64,000 nt of DNA from assembly GCF_006345805.1 (NCBI RefSeq), contig NC_043001.1, positions 20,832,001-20,896,000 of the forward strand. Reading direction: 5' to 3'. This DNA comes from Octopus sinensis (lineage: Eukaryota). The number at the start of each line of letters is the position of its first letter. Position 1 is the first letter of the stretch. Below are positions 62,294-64,000 of the stretch, one piece after another. The position numbers and the translations under genes are program-made. The notes beneath the pieces were generated by a model. It was not told the origin of the DNA. It searched no databases and was given only the letters and a program-made list of their open reading frames with translations.

Positions 62294-62741
62294 TAGCAGT
62301 AGTAAGAGCATCAAGCTGTGACATTGGAATATTTATATAAAAAGGTCCACATTTGGAAAATCATCATCATTTAGCATCCGCTTTCCATGCTAGCATGGGT
62401 TGGACGGTTCGACTGGGGTCTGGGAAGCCAGAAGGCTGCACCAGGCCCAGTCTGATCTGGCAATGTTTCTATAGCTGGATGCCCTTCCTAACGCCAACCA
62501 CTCCATGAGTAAAGCACCCACTACACTCATGGAGTGGTTGGTGTTAGGAAGGGCATCCAGCCGTAGAAACATTGCCAGATCAGACTGGGCCTGGTGCAGC
62601 CTTCTGGCTTCCCAGATCCCAGTCGAACCGTCCAACCCATGCTAGCATGGAAAGCGGATGCTAAACGATGATGATTTTCCAAATGTGGACCTTTTTATAT
62701 AAATATTCCAATGTCACAGCTTGATGCTCTTACTACTGCTA
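62294..62741. repeat. Long palindrome: 217-bp arms, 14-bp spacer
   Basis: 62294-62510 versus 62525-62741, about 5 mismatches; includes a family D tail plus unique flank. Confidence 0.95.
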
Positions 62742-64000
62742 GCCATCTTCTGCCATCACCATCATCATTTAATATCTATTTCCATGCTGGCATGGGTTGG
62801 ACAGTTTGAAAGGAACTGGCCAGCTGGAGAGCAGAGCAGGCTCCAATTGTCTATTTTGACATGGTTTCTTCAGCTGGACGCCCCCTCTAAAGCCAACCAC
62901 TTTACAGAGTGCATGAGTACTTTTATGCACCATACACGAGTGCCCTTCACATGATGCCAGCATGAGTACTCTCCATATGGCGACAGTACAAGTGCTTTTT
63001 ATGTGGTGCATAGTGTGTAAAGGACCTGCCTGTATGCATGGATAGCCATAGTTCTATTTAGCTAGATGTGTGTTCTCAAGTACAACAAATTGCCAGAAGT
63101 CTCAGCCCCTCATCATATCCTTAGTGAGGCCCAACATCTGGAGACCCTTTCTCACCACTTCATCCCACATCTTTCTGGGTCTACCCTTTGAACACATTTC
63201 CTCCACAATTAGAGATCAACCCATGCAATCATATGTAAATTAAGGTAAATAGCACCAATTGACTTTTATTTTATTTCTTTGTCTTAGGAAATACACTGGT
63301 TGGAACATTAAAACTGATTATACAGTACCTTAACCTCATTATTATTGTCTTACACTGAGTGTACATACTTCCCTAGAGCCAAAGTCAAAAGGTGTTAACA
63401 CCTTTTCACAAATGAATCTGACAGTAAAGTGAAGCAATTAACTCTTTATCATAAGATTATAATTTTCCAGATTATCATCCTCAATTGTGGAGTTGAAAGC
63501 TTGATCTCCACAGTCAACAAGTGCCCTATATGTACATAGCAGCAAGTTAGATTCAAATAAGAAATCTTTATTTTTAAACAGTTTAAATCTAGGGATCTTT
63601 TCTGTTAAAAAAAATCCAAATTCAGTAATAAGACACCAGATGATGATTAGAGATGAAACAAATCTTCATACATAAGGAGGAATGTTGTCTGAAAATTATA
63701 ATCTTATTAGCAACTCATCTCAGCCATTAATTTTTTATCCTATTTGCATGAGATGAATATTGATTAATATAACAAATAGACTTCACAACATAAACTCATG
63801 TATTGTGCATGATACAATAGAATGGGGCGTAAGTTGTAGAAAAGCAACAATGTAGACGGAGTAATTTACATGACATTAGATATTATATGTATTAATTTAA
63901 TACCAAAAAAAAAAAAAAAGGCCACTGTTCATCAGTGGGCCTAATGCTATTTTCTGCTTTAAGTTGATGCTTATAATGTCTATATCATTTACAGAGCAGT

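Overview
AT-rich animal DNA made almost entirely of transposable-element debris and microsatellites. The SINE families and (AAT)n/(CAT)n/(TA)n density suggest a cephalopod (octopus-like) genome; that is an inference. No host protein-coding exon, rRNA or intact tRNA gene is supported, and nearly all listed ORFs are microsatellite or SINE artefacts. Content: four high-copy SINE-like families (labelled A-D here); degenerate CR1, RTE, Tx1-like and R4/Dong LINE pieces; several Tc1/mariner lineages, including a full-length but inactivated DD36E element and a DD41D fold-back derivative; piggyBac, hAT and Merlin-like MITEs; non-autonomous Helitrons; a probable LTR; and a 100-N gap. The most interesting signals are RNA-structural. 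These are a tRNA-headed SINE carrying a Penelope-type minimal hammerhead ribozyme, inserted as an inverted composite with one target-site duplication; further hammerhead-like cores from unrelated families; and a tandemly repeated hairpin + H-type pseudoknot module in SINE family D. Two SINE-LINE 3'-tail matches and many fold-back inverted duplications are also visible. All alignments were done by eye, so boundaries of degraded repeats are approximate.
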